17,980 nucleotides of DNA, taken from the NCBI GenBank assembly GCA_046538155.1, contig JBKHJL010000025.1:1-17980 (forward strand). Reading direction: 5' to 3'. This DNA is from Candidatus Micrarchaeia archaeon. GTDB taxonomy: Archaea; Micrarchaeota; Micrarchaeia; Anstonellales; Bilamarchaeaceae. Positions 1-6,800 of this stretch are shown in pieces; positions within the stretch are counted from its first letter, which is position 1, and each line of letters starts with the position of its first letter. The notes beneath the pieces were generated by a model that worked only from the letters and a program-made list of their open reading frames with translations, had not been told where the DNA came from and did not search any database. The translations under genes and the position numbers were made by a program.

Positions 1-256
1 ATAGGCTTAAGAGCTGGGGCATGAATTCCTTGTTTTCTATCCTTGGGTTCAGCTCGTTTAGGTCTGCTTCAAGATTCTGGGTTGCTTGTTCTAATGGGGG
101 AGATATGTAAGTATCCTGAACATACTGCTGGGTTTGTCCTGTTATCCTAACTAATTTGTCCATAAGCTCAAGTTCTGCTGTTTTTTGCGCACCTATCTGT
201 GTATCTGCTTTAGACCGGTTACTTTCTTCTTCTATCTTTTTTGCACCAATTGCCAT
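1..256 (-). CDS. Hypothetical protein, N-terminal part (runs off the window start)
   Basis: Manually translated open frame from ATG at 256: MAIGAKKIEEESNRSKADTQIGAQKTAELELMDKLVRITGQTQQYVQDTYISPPLEQATQNLEADLNELNPRIENKEFMPQLLSL..., with no stop in 85 codons. An AGTGAT SD-like site and a TTTAAA box lie upstream. Not in the ORF track. Confidence 0.7.
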   Translation of the reverse strand, partial: MAIGAKKIEEESNRSKADTQIGAQKTAELELMDKLVRITGQTQQYVQDTYISPPLEQATQNLEADLNELNPRIENKEFMPQLLSL

Positions 257-312
257 AAATATCACTACAACCAGCATTCTCTAATTAAGTTTAAAAAATA
301 ATGAGAAAAAAT

Positions 313-1155
313 TCAAAGTGAAGCAACAGTCATTCCTGCAGGTTTGTCCGGAGCAAACATATAGAAGAATCCTCCTGAACTCCCATTCGGATGTATTTGT
401 GCTTGACAAACGACGTCCCCAGTTTTAAGGTCCTTGGGGGAATTTATTACAAAAATCGTACCATTATCTACCCCAAATCCAGTTCTGATCGGCCCTGCAC
501 GCATCTTGCCTTCCCAAAGCGGAACTCCCCTTGTCTCATGCCTGTTTTCTTTCTTGTTGAAGTATTGGAAGTAAACGGAATCATTATCTGTAAAAACAAG
601 CATCTTGCCCTTTATGTATGGGTTGGATTCAGGAACATCTATTACCAAAACATTTACCTCTGGGAGTGGGGCAGTTAGGCCAACTCCAAATTCCTGTGTG
701 GAACCATCTACTTTAAGCTCAAAGTTTACCCCTGTTCCATCTTTTTCCACAGAAACAAGATATGGCCCTACCTTTTTCTGTTCCCCTAGCTTAAAGTTCA
801 CAAATTTCCCTTCAGCATTCTTGAAGTAAGGCTCAAGCTCCTTGGGGTCAGAAAAGGTTTCATAAGTAACTTCGGATTTCTCTTTTTTCTTGCTTGGGGG
901 AGCTTCTTTTGGGCTCCTGAGAGTTTTATCGTTGGCAAGCCCAGGTGCGCATGCAGTCATTACCCCAAGCCCAAGCAGGGCTGCCATGGATTTGAGTGCA
1001 GCTCTCCTGGAAACTCTTGATTCAGCACGGACTGCAGCTGCTTTCGCTTCTGCACGGCTTTCGAAGAATTTAGAGGCAAAGCTGGAAAGCCTGCTTCTCA
1101 CTGGTGAAGTTGGCATTTCCTTCTTTTTTTGGGTTTTTGATGTGCGCACCATCAT
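313..1155 (-). CDS. Putative Tat-exported lipoprotein of unknown function
   Basis: SRRAALK twin-arginine-like motif, then a hydrophobic stretch and lipobox-like MTA-C. The mature region looks beta-rich. Start placed at ATG 1155 (or 1152) after a GGTG SD. Confidence 0.7.
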   Translation of the reverse strand: MMVRTSKTQKKKEMPTSPVRSRLSSFASKFFESRAEAKAAAVRAESRVSRRAALKSMAALLGLGVMTACAPGLANDKTLRSPKEAPPSKKKEKSEVTYETFSDPKELEPYFKNAEGKFVNFKLGEQKKVGPYLVSVEKDGTGVNFELKVDGSTQEFGVGLTAPLPEVNVLVIDVPESNPYIKGKMLVFTDNDSVYFQYFNKKENRHETRGVPLWEGKMRAGPIRTGFGVDNGTIFVINSPKDLKTGDVVCQAQIHPNGSSGGFFYMFAPDKPAGMTVASL

Positions 1156-1183
1156 TAGCACCGTATAAATTAGGAACGCGCGT

Positions 1184-1204
1184 TATATATAAAGGTTTGC
1201 TTTT
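1184..1204 (-). promoter_or_regulatory. Archaeal BRE/TATA promoter of the lipoprotein gene
   Basis: Minus strand reads AAAAGCAAACC-TTTATATATA about 30-50 nt upstream of the start codon. Confidence 0.5.
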
Positions 1205-1245
1205 AAGTGTTTTATTGTGGGGAAACCAAAAAGAAAGAGTTTTTA

Positions 1246-1506
1246 TCACTTATACACTTTATCGTGGTGCTCAAACTTCACAAATTTAACTATTTTCTCT
1301 TCTGCCAGGACTTCAAAAAGAAGCACAAACGGTCCAATCTGGGTTCTGCAAAGGCCTTTCAAAACATTCTTCATGGGCTTATAGTGCTCAGGATTAAGAA
1401 GAATCTGCTCCATTTTGTCCCGCACCCGCCCATAGAATGCAGCATCTTTTTTCTTGATTTTTTTGAATGCACGCAAAATATCATTGGAATAATCCGGAGA
1501 AAACAT
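1246..1506 (-). CDS. Type II toxin, RelE/ParE (YafQ-like) family mRNA interferase
   Basis: 86 aa basic protein with the pattern NPEHYKPMKNVLKG..R..IGPFVLLFEV..FEHHDKVY, 5 nt downstream of a small acidic ORF. Confidence 0.85.
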   Translation of the reverse strand: MFSPDYSNDILRAFKKIKKKDAAFYGRVRDKMEQILLNPEHYKPMKNVLKGLCRTQIGPFVLLFEVLAEEKIVKFVKFEHHDKVYK

Positions 1507-1511
1507 GGAGG

Positions 1512-1718
1512 TTACTCTCTTTCCAGGTATGCATCCAGTTCATCCAGATTCTTAAAAGAAACCTTTTTACCCTTGTCCATTTCAGAAGAAATCCTCTTAA
1601 CCTCTTCCACGAACTCCCCCCTGAACTCATAAATCTGCTCTTCCAATGCTTCTACTGCTCTTTTATAGCGGATTAGCCGCTTGTATTCTTTTAGTGGAAT
1701 TGTGATGTTTTCTTCCAT
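1512..1718 (-). CDS. Cognate antitoxin of the RelE-like toxin
   Basis: Small ORF directly upstream of the toxin, with acidic C-terminus ..FKNLDELDAYLERE typical of RelE-associated antitoxins. Start at ATG 1718 after GAGG; ATG 1733 is an alternative. Confidence 0.7.
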   Translation of the reverse strand: MEENITIPLKEYKRLIRYKRAVEALEEQIYEFRGEFVEEVKRISSEMDKGKKVSFKNLDELDAYLERE

Positions 1719-1805
1719 GATTTTCTTCCTCATCCCGGATTTAAATACCTAACTATGCCCCCTTCCGCTGCCTCCTACCAGCGCCAAACTTTGATAGGAT
1801 TTTGA

Positions 1806-2690
1806 TTACTTCAACCCCTGGAAGAAATCAGTATGCAAACTAAATGGTTCAATCAACATGGAAGTGTCTTCGTGTGTCATCAATATGGAAGACAAGTAAT
1901 TTGTGCCAGATCTGGGGTGACCTAAAACAAAAACTGGTCGCTCCTCATAGTGAATCACTTTTTTTTTAGTTTCAGGTTCCAACTCAGACATATTTGATAT
2001 TACCGACTCTAGATGTTCAAGACTGTGCAATTGAGCATAGGGTGCAGCGTCTTCTGAACCTAACGGCACATTTTTTCTATTTATCCATATGGCTTTTATC
2101 CCAGCTTTCATTGCTCCGGCAATATCCCTGTTATATGAATCTCCCACAACAACAACTTCAGTTGGTTTGAGCCCACTTTTTTTTAGGGAGACATTAAATA
2201 GCTCTCCGGTTGCTTTTATTTTTTTCAGTTCCCCCGAAACAAATATGTCTTCGAAATATTCTCCTAAGCCAAGAATGTCTACTGCTGTCCGTTGTGCATC
2301 CCCCGGACCTTCGGTGATTAAATAGAGGGAGAATCTTCCTTTAAGATTCTCTAGTAGCGATACTGCCTCCGGAAAAGGCCTTGTATTAGTTTTCAAAGTA
2401 TCTGCGTAAAGTTTGACAAGCTCTGCCACAAAGAGAGGATCACCTACCCCAAATGCTTTAAGGAGGTTAGTAAACCTCTCCGTCCTATACTCATGGCTAG
2501 TTCTACCATCAAAAAAGGCATTTTCTTCGGCTTGTCTAAAAAGAGAGGCATACTCTTCTTTTAATTTTTCCAATTCTATCCCATATCTGGAGTTAATAGC
2601 AGAATACACCTTCTCCATTGCTGGCTTGGAACTATTGCCAAAACCATGCAGCGTATCATCAAGATCGAAGAAGATTGCCCTTATCGCCAT
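1806..2690 (-). CDS. HAD-superfamily hydrolase (subfamily IA) with a C-terminal truncated sulfotransferase domain
   Basis: HAD motif I FFDLDDTL, motif II LITEG, a conserved Lys and motif IV VGDSYNRDIAGA. The last ~45 aa, PVFVLGHPRSGTNYLSSILMTH..IEPF, match the sulfotransferase 5'-PSB loop. GGTGG SD upstream. Confidence 0.85.
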   Translation of the reverse strand: MAIRAIFFDLDDTLHGFGNSSKPAMEKVYSAINSRYGIELEKLKEEYASLFRQAEENAFFDGRTSHEYRTERFTNLLKAFGVGDPLFVAELVKLYADTLKTNTRPFPEAVSLLENLKGRFSLYLITEGPGDAQRTAVDILGLGEYFEDIFVSGELKKIKATGELFNVSLKKSGLKPTEVVVVGDSYNRDIAGAMKAGIKAIWINRKNVPLGSEDAAPYAQLHSLEHLESVISNMSELEPETKKKVIHYEERPVFVLGHPRSGTNYLSSILMTHEDTSMLIEPFSLHTDFFQGLK

Positions 2691-2903
2691 TTAATTACCA
2701 CCGCCCACCATATCTAAACAAATTTATATGCCCTTCTGCTTTTAAAGCTTAACTATGAGGACCACGAAATCAAAAAATTAGCATCATCTGCGAACTTTCC
2801 AATTCTGCTGTCGCTATAGGCAAACCGTGGTCCAATTTTGGAAAGGAATTGGTGGTGGGAAGGGACAACAACGATCATTAGAATCGGAACCCCAATCAGC
2901 AAG

Positions 2904-2945
2904 TTTATAAAGTTATATATCCATTAAATAGTTAGATATGGATGT
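2904..2945 (+). promoter_or_regulatory. TATA box and candidate antitoxin operator of the vapBC operon
   Basis: TTTATAA at 2904-2910, followed by an imperfect inverted repeat ATATCCAT (2917-2924) / ATGGATGT (2938-2945) spanning the expected transcription start. Confidence 0.45.
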
Positions 2946-2951
2946 GAGAAC

Positions 2952-3185
2952 ATGGGAAACGTTTACATTTCACTTGATGATGAAGACGAAGCAAAGCTGA
3001 GGAGGCTGGCCCAGGAGAAATACGGGGGGAAGAAAGGCTCGCTCAGCGAGATTGTTTCCGAAGCCCTTGAAGGCATGGAGAAAAAAAGCAAAACGGAAAT
3101 CAAGGAGGAATTCTTCAGGAAGCTGGAGGAGGGCGTACGCTTCAGCTACAGGATGTACAAAAAGCGGGCTGAGATTTATGAGTAA
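2952..3185 (+). CDS. vapB: Ribbon-helix-helix (CopG-like) antitoxin, VapB-type
   Basis: N-terminal beta strand VYISL, then helices (LRRLAQEKYG..SLSEIVSEAL) and C-terminal R..IYE. Overlaps the PIN gene by 8 nt (ATGAGTAA). Confidence 0.8.
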   Translation: MGNVYISLDDEDEAKLRRLAQEKYGGKKGSLSEIVSEALEGMEKKSKTEIKEEFFRKLEEGVRFSYRMYKKRAEIYE

Positions 3186-3594
3186 GGTGCTCGTGGACAC
3201 AAACGTGCTGATTTATTCTGTGCAAAGGGGAGAAAAAAGGCACAAAAACGCAGTGGAAACAATAGAAAAGCTGGTAAATGAAAAAAGGATGTGCATCAGC
3301 GTGCAGAACCTGGTGGAATTTTCAAGGGTGCTCCGGGAAAAAGCTCAGCCTGGAATGGACCATGAAACAGTAAAGGAGTACCTGTTTGGGTTCATGAAAT
3401 TCTCTACGGTGTTGGAGTATTCCGGAGGCACCGTGGTGGAAGCGCTTTCCGTTTCCAAGGCATATGGAATCCATTTCTTTGATGCGCTGCTTGCTGCAAC
3501 AATGCAGGAAAACGGAATTAAGGAAATCCTTACTGAAAACGAAAAGGATTTTGAGAAAGTAAAGTGGATGAAGGCAACAAATCCGTTCAAGTAG
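3178..3594 (+). CDS. vapC: PIN-domain toxin VapC
   Basis: True start at ATG 3178 (MSKVLVDTNVLIY). PIN acidic residues are present: DTN, QNLVEF, FFDALLAA, TENEKDF. Confidence 0.92.
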   Translation: MSKVLVDTNVLIYSVQRGEKRHKNAVETIEKLVNEKRMCISVQNLVEFSRVLREKAQPGMDHETVKEYLFGFMKFSTVLEYSGGTVVEALSVSKAYGIHFFDALLAATMQENGIKEILTENEKDFEKVKWMKATNPFK

Positions 3595-3678
3595 CATAAA
3601 ACGATGTTTTTACAGAAAAGAGAGGGTTGGTTCCACAAGAGTAATATTCGAAAATGGTTTTTCTTTGGGTGAACCGCA

Positions 3679-3703
3679 CCTTTCTTTTTCTCAAAAAGAA
3701 AGG
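3679..3703. terminator. Perfect hairpin with T/A tracts, candidate bidirectional terminator between vapC and tRNA-Ala
   Basis: CCTTTCTTTTT-CTC-AAAAAGAAAGG is an 11 bp perfect inverted repeat between convergent genes. Confidence 0.55.
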
Positions 3704-3709
3704 GGAGAT

Positions 3710-3781
3710 TGGACTTGGGGGGAGTCGCACCCCCGGCCTCTCCCATGCCAAGGGAGCGCTCTACTACTGAGCTACAAGCCC
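3710..3781 (-). tRNA. tRNA-Ala (GGC), intronless, CCA not encoded
   Basis: GGGCTTG-TA-GCTC AGTAGTA GAGC-G-CTCCC TTGGCAT GGGAG-AGGCC-GGGGG TGCGACT CCCCC-CAAGTCC-A forms a full cloverleaf with anticodon GGC, the G3:U70 Ala identity pair and discriminator A. Confidence 0.95.
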
Positions 3782-3876
3782 AAAGCCTTAAAGCGCACGC
3801 GAAGCGGCAAATGCGCTTCAGTATGGCGCCCAAAGAAAAACTAATTTGGGGAGGGAAACTCCCCTTCATATTCCGT

Positions 3877-4101
3877 CTAGGAGGGTGAGATGTAGACAAC
3901 GCTGTCCCCACGGAGGAGGCAGGTTCCGATGCCCTTCTTAACTTCATCGTTTTCAAGGAGCTCGGTTTTCTCGAGCACCAGGTTCATGTGAACATCGTAC
4001 GCAGCAAGGATGCCGCGGAACGTCACTCCTCCTTTCAGGCCAATAACAACAGTGTTGTTAAGTGCATTGTTCAAAACATCAAAAGGTCTTTTTTCCGGCA
4101 T
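3877..4101 (-). CDS. Sm-like (Lsm/SmAP1) RNA-binding protein
   Basis: RPFDVL N-terminus, Sm1 motif G.L.AYDVHMNLVL and Sm2 motif LLRGDSVVYISP. Confidence 0.95.
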   Translation of the reverse strand: MPEKRPFDVLNNALNNTVVIGLKGGVTFRGILAAYDVHMNLVLEKTELLENDEVKKGIGTCLLRGDSVVYISPS

Positions 4102-4164
4102 TATAATACACCCACTTCGAGATTATACCTTCTATGAAAGTATTTTAATAACTTGTGGAGGCCC

Positions 4165-4776
4165 TCACTTTTTGTTATGCTTCACCACCACAACCTTCAT
4201 TCCCTTTTTAAGCTGGAAATCCGGGACTGCGGGCTGGAATTTCTTCCCGTCATAAATTGCGGCAATTGTTGACTTCTCCTTCTCCGAGGCCTCCTGCACG
4301 GTCTTATTATCGAGCCCCCCTCCGACTTCCTTCTCAATCATCTCAATCTGCGAGAACCTCGGGTCAAGCAGGAGAGTAATCACCGGATGCATCACCATGC
4401 TTGCAAGCTCCCGGGCAAGCGTCCATTCAGGAAGAAGGGGCTCAACCTCCAGCCTCTCCATAAGCTTGGAATACTTGGGCTCAGAGGCACGGCAAACTAC
4501 TTTCTTTGCCTTTGCATTCTTTGCATAAAGAGAAACAAGGAAGTTTGCTTCCTCGTTTCCGGTAACTGCAAAAATGAAATCTGCTTCCCCAAGTTTCAGC
4601 TCATCAAGAAGCTCAGGATTTGTGGCATCTCCGCAGATAACATGTATGTCTGACTCGCTCGCAATCCTGTCGCACTTTTCCTTGTCGTCATCAACCAGAA
4701 CAATCTGGTGCTTCTTGTCAAGAAGCATTGCAAGATTGGTTCCTACTCTTCCAGCGCCAAATATCAGAATCTTCAT
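4165..4776 (-). CDS. trkA: TrkA family potassium uptake regulatory subunit (RCK domain)
   Basis: Rossmann motif IFGAGRVG, plus GDAT and AVTGNEEAN. Adjacent to TrkH. Confidence 0.92.
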   Translation of the reverse strand: MKILIFGAGRVGTNLAMLLDKKHQIVLVDDDKEKCDRIASESDIHVICGDATNPELLDELKLGEADFIFAVTGNEEANFLVSLYAKNAKAKKVVCRASEPKYSKLMERLEVEPLLPEWTLARELASMVMHPVITLLLDPRFSQIEMIEKEVGGGLDNKTVQEASEKEKSTIAAIYDGKKFQPAVPDFQLKKGMKVVVVKHNKK

Positions 4777-4777
4777 G

Positions 4778-6229
4778 TCATCTCCTCACAACAAGCCTTA
4801 TCAGAGCAAGGCTTGGAAAAATCTCAATACGACCTAGATACATCAACGCAATTAAAAAAACCTTTGTTGTGGCAGCCATCTCGGGGATGGGAAGGACCGC
4901 AAGCCCAACGTTCCCCATGGCAGATGCAATCATGAACATTGAATCCTCTATTTCATAATCAATAGCCATCAGCACCCCGCATCCAAAAAGGAACAGGATT
5001 ACATAGGCAAAAATGAATGTGGAACTCTCCACTATTGATTCCTTGCTTATGGGCTCGTTGTTGATTTTCACTATCTGCACCGAGCCGGTGGGAAGGAATG
5101 CTGCCTTTATGTTACGGAGAATGGATTTCAGCACTACGAGAATTCTCCACAGCTTTATCCCCCCTGTAGTTGAACCCATCATCCCACCCATGAGCATGAG
5201 CAGAATCAGGATATATGTGGGGAACGCGTGCATTATGGAAAGGTCCCCTATTGCAAACCCGCCGCAGGCAATTGCAGAAATGGAATTCAGGAAAGTGTTG
5301 TAAATACCTTCATGCCCCACAAGGTAAATCAGCCCTATCGCCGCAACCGTGATGAGCACATAGAGCTTGAGCTCCTCATCAAGGAAAGCCTTGCGAAACT
5401 GCCCCCGGGCAAGCTTGCGGTAAAAAAGGAAGCTCGTAGCCCCCCCAAACATCAGCCCGGCAAGGGCAAACTTCTGGGCATCTGTAAAATCATAGGAATC
5501 AAAGGGAAAAAATCCTCCATTGGAAATCCCTGAAAAAGTAAGATTCACTGCATTAAGGGGGTCCAGCCCAACCGCATAAAGCAGCCCAACCCCAAGAAGG
5601 GAAAGCAGGAGGTATGTCCCCCAGATGTTTCCGGCAGTCTTGCTTATTCCCACATCCTCAGGGGCGCGCCCCTCTGCCTTGAGGAAATGCCTTGCTTCCC
5701 TTCCTTTGATCATCGTAAGCATCAAAATAACAATTCCCAGCCCCCCTATCCACTGGGTTACGCTGCGGTAGAGGATGATGCTCTGGGGAAGGCCGTCCAG
5801 GGTGGGAAAGGAAGACAGACCGGTGGAAGTCCAGCCGGAAACAGACTCAAAATATGCATCTACCGGAGTAAACCCATATGCGAGATAGGGGATGGAGGAA
5901 AACGCCGGGATTATGAGCCATGCAACAGAAATAAGCGCAAGGATCTCCCCAAGGGTAAGCTCGGAAACCTGGTCCCGCATTTTCTCCATGTCCACCAGCT
6001 TTGCATAATTAAAGGGGGTGTCCGGCTTGAAAATGGAGAGAATGAAATTCTTTATGTTCTGGAAAATGTGCTTGAGTATTTCGGGGACTGCTGGAAGGGC
6101 CATCAAAAGTATTGTAAATGAGATTGTTTCCCATGCGCCATCCTCAACATACAGACTGTAGCCAAGAGGTATGAGTAAGGGTAAAGATGCATAAAACATC
6201 AAAACGGCAAGCCGCTTAAGCAAGAGCAT
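4778..6229 (-). CDS. trkH: TrkH family potassium uptake membrane protein
   Basis: Four pore-loop segments (FESVSGWTSTG, SGISNGGF, SAIACGGF, SAMGNVG), plus QWIGGLG, GSTTGGIK and MYLGRIEI. Confidence 0.95.
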   Translation of the reverse strand: MLLLKRLAVLMFYASLPLLIPLGYSLYVEDGAWETISFTILLMALPAVPEILKHIFQNIKNFILSIFKPDTPFNYAKLVDMEKMRDQVSELTLGEILALISVAWLIIPAFSSIPYLAYGFTPVDAYFESVSGWTSTGLSSFPTLDGLPQSIILYRSVTQWIGGLGIVILMLTMIKGREARHFLKAEGRAPEDVGISKTAGNIWGTYLLLSLLGVGLLYAVGLDPLNAVNLTFSGISNGGFFPFDSYDFTDAQKFALAGLMFGGATSFLFYRKLARGQFRKAFLDEELKLYVLITVAAIGLIYLVGHEGIYNTFLNSISAIACGGFAIGDLSIMHAFPTYILILLMLMGGMMGSTTGGIKLWRILVVLKSILRNIKAAFLPTGSVQIVKINNEPISKESIVESSTFIFAYVILFLFGCGVLMAIDYEIEDSMFMIASAMGNVGLAVLPIPEMAATTKVFLIALMYLGRIEIFPSLALIRLVVRR

Positions 6230-6254
6230 CAAAATCCACTATCCCTGAATATTT

Positions 6255-6800
6255 TTAATCATAACCTTCCTCGCCATCAGCAAACCAGCCCCTGCTCTCC
6301 ATGGAAATTGCAAGCATCCTTGCCCTTTCAAAAATAAAGTTCAGAAGGGGCATTATAGCTGCCCAGGGAGAGCGGGAACCTCTGCTCTTTTGGGCTATTC
6401 TGACCTGTTTTGCTTTCCTCCCCAGCACGTGCACATAGGGGATGCTCACAGAAAGGAGGAATGAAAAATCCTTCGGGACTCCGAATGAGCGCATAGTATC
6501 AATTATCTCCTGCATGGAGCTGGAGGCAAAATAAACATATACAGGAAGGATTATGGAAACCGTGCGGAAAGATGCGAGGAGCCCGTGCTCCAGCCCCATA
6601 CCAAGAAAAACCGCGGAAATCCCGATTGTAATTGCAAAAAACGCCGTCCCGAGGAGAGCAGCAACAATATTTACATTATGAAAGAACGCCCAAATGAGAA
6701 ACAGGAAAAACAGTACCGGTGCATAATCAAGCGGAACAAGCACGGCAAGCGCAACAAGCAGCAGTGCAACAATCAGCCCTTTTCTTCCCTTAAGCCCCAT
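6255..6800 (-). CDS. ecfT: ECF transporter transmembrane T component (short)
   Basis: Hydrophobic N-half and the two coupling-helix motifs AQKSRG and SMESRG. Confidence 0.88.
   Translation of the reverse strand: MGLKGRKGLIVALLLVALAVLVPLDYAPVLFFLFLIWAFFHNVNIVAALLGTAFFAITIGISAVFLGMGLEHGLLASFRTVSIILPVYVYFASSSMQEIIDTMRSFGVPKDFSFLLSVSIPYVHVLGRKAKQVRIAQKSRGSRSPWAAIMPLLNFIFERARMLAISMESRGWFADGEEGYD

Noticed and set aside
2759..2852. HDV-like ribozyme reading of the pseudoknot segment
   Set aside because: The stem order is superficially similar, but there is no P1.1 GG after P1, no catalytic C in the J4/2-equivalent (GGAAAG), and the loop lengths do not fit.
2752..2878. Short minus-strand ORF (MIVVVPSHHQ...ISWSS) in the HAD-vapB gap
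   Set aside because: About 41 codons with no SD or recognisable motif. Likely spurious.
3052..3177. N-terminal extension of the 180 aa PIN ORF in the track
   Set aside because: It overlaps the antitoxin in another frame. The PIN fold begins at ATG 3178.
3818..3870. Possible C/D box sRNA (ATGAAGG ... CTGA on the minus strand)
   Set aside because: Box C lacks the terminal GA needed for the kink-turn, and no C'/D' boxes are evident.
3345..3956. 203 aa minus-strand ORF
   Set aside because: It runs through lsm, the tRNA and antisense vapC, so it is a shadow ORF.
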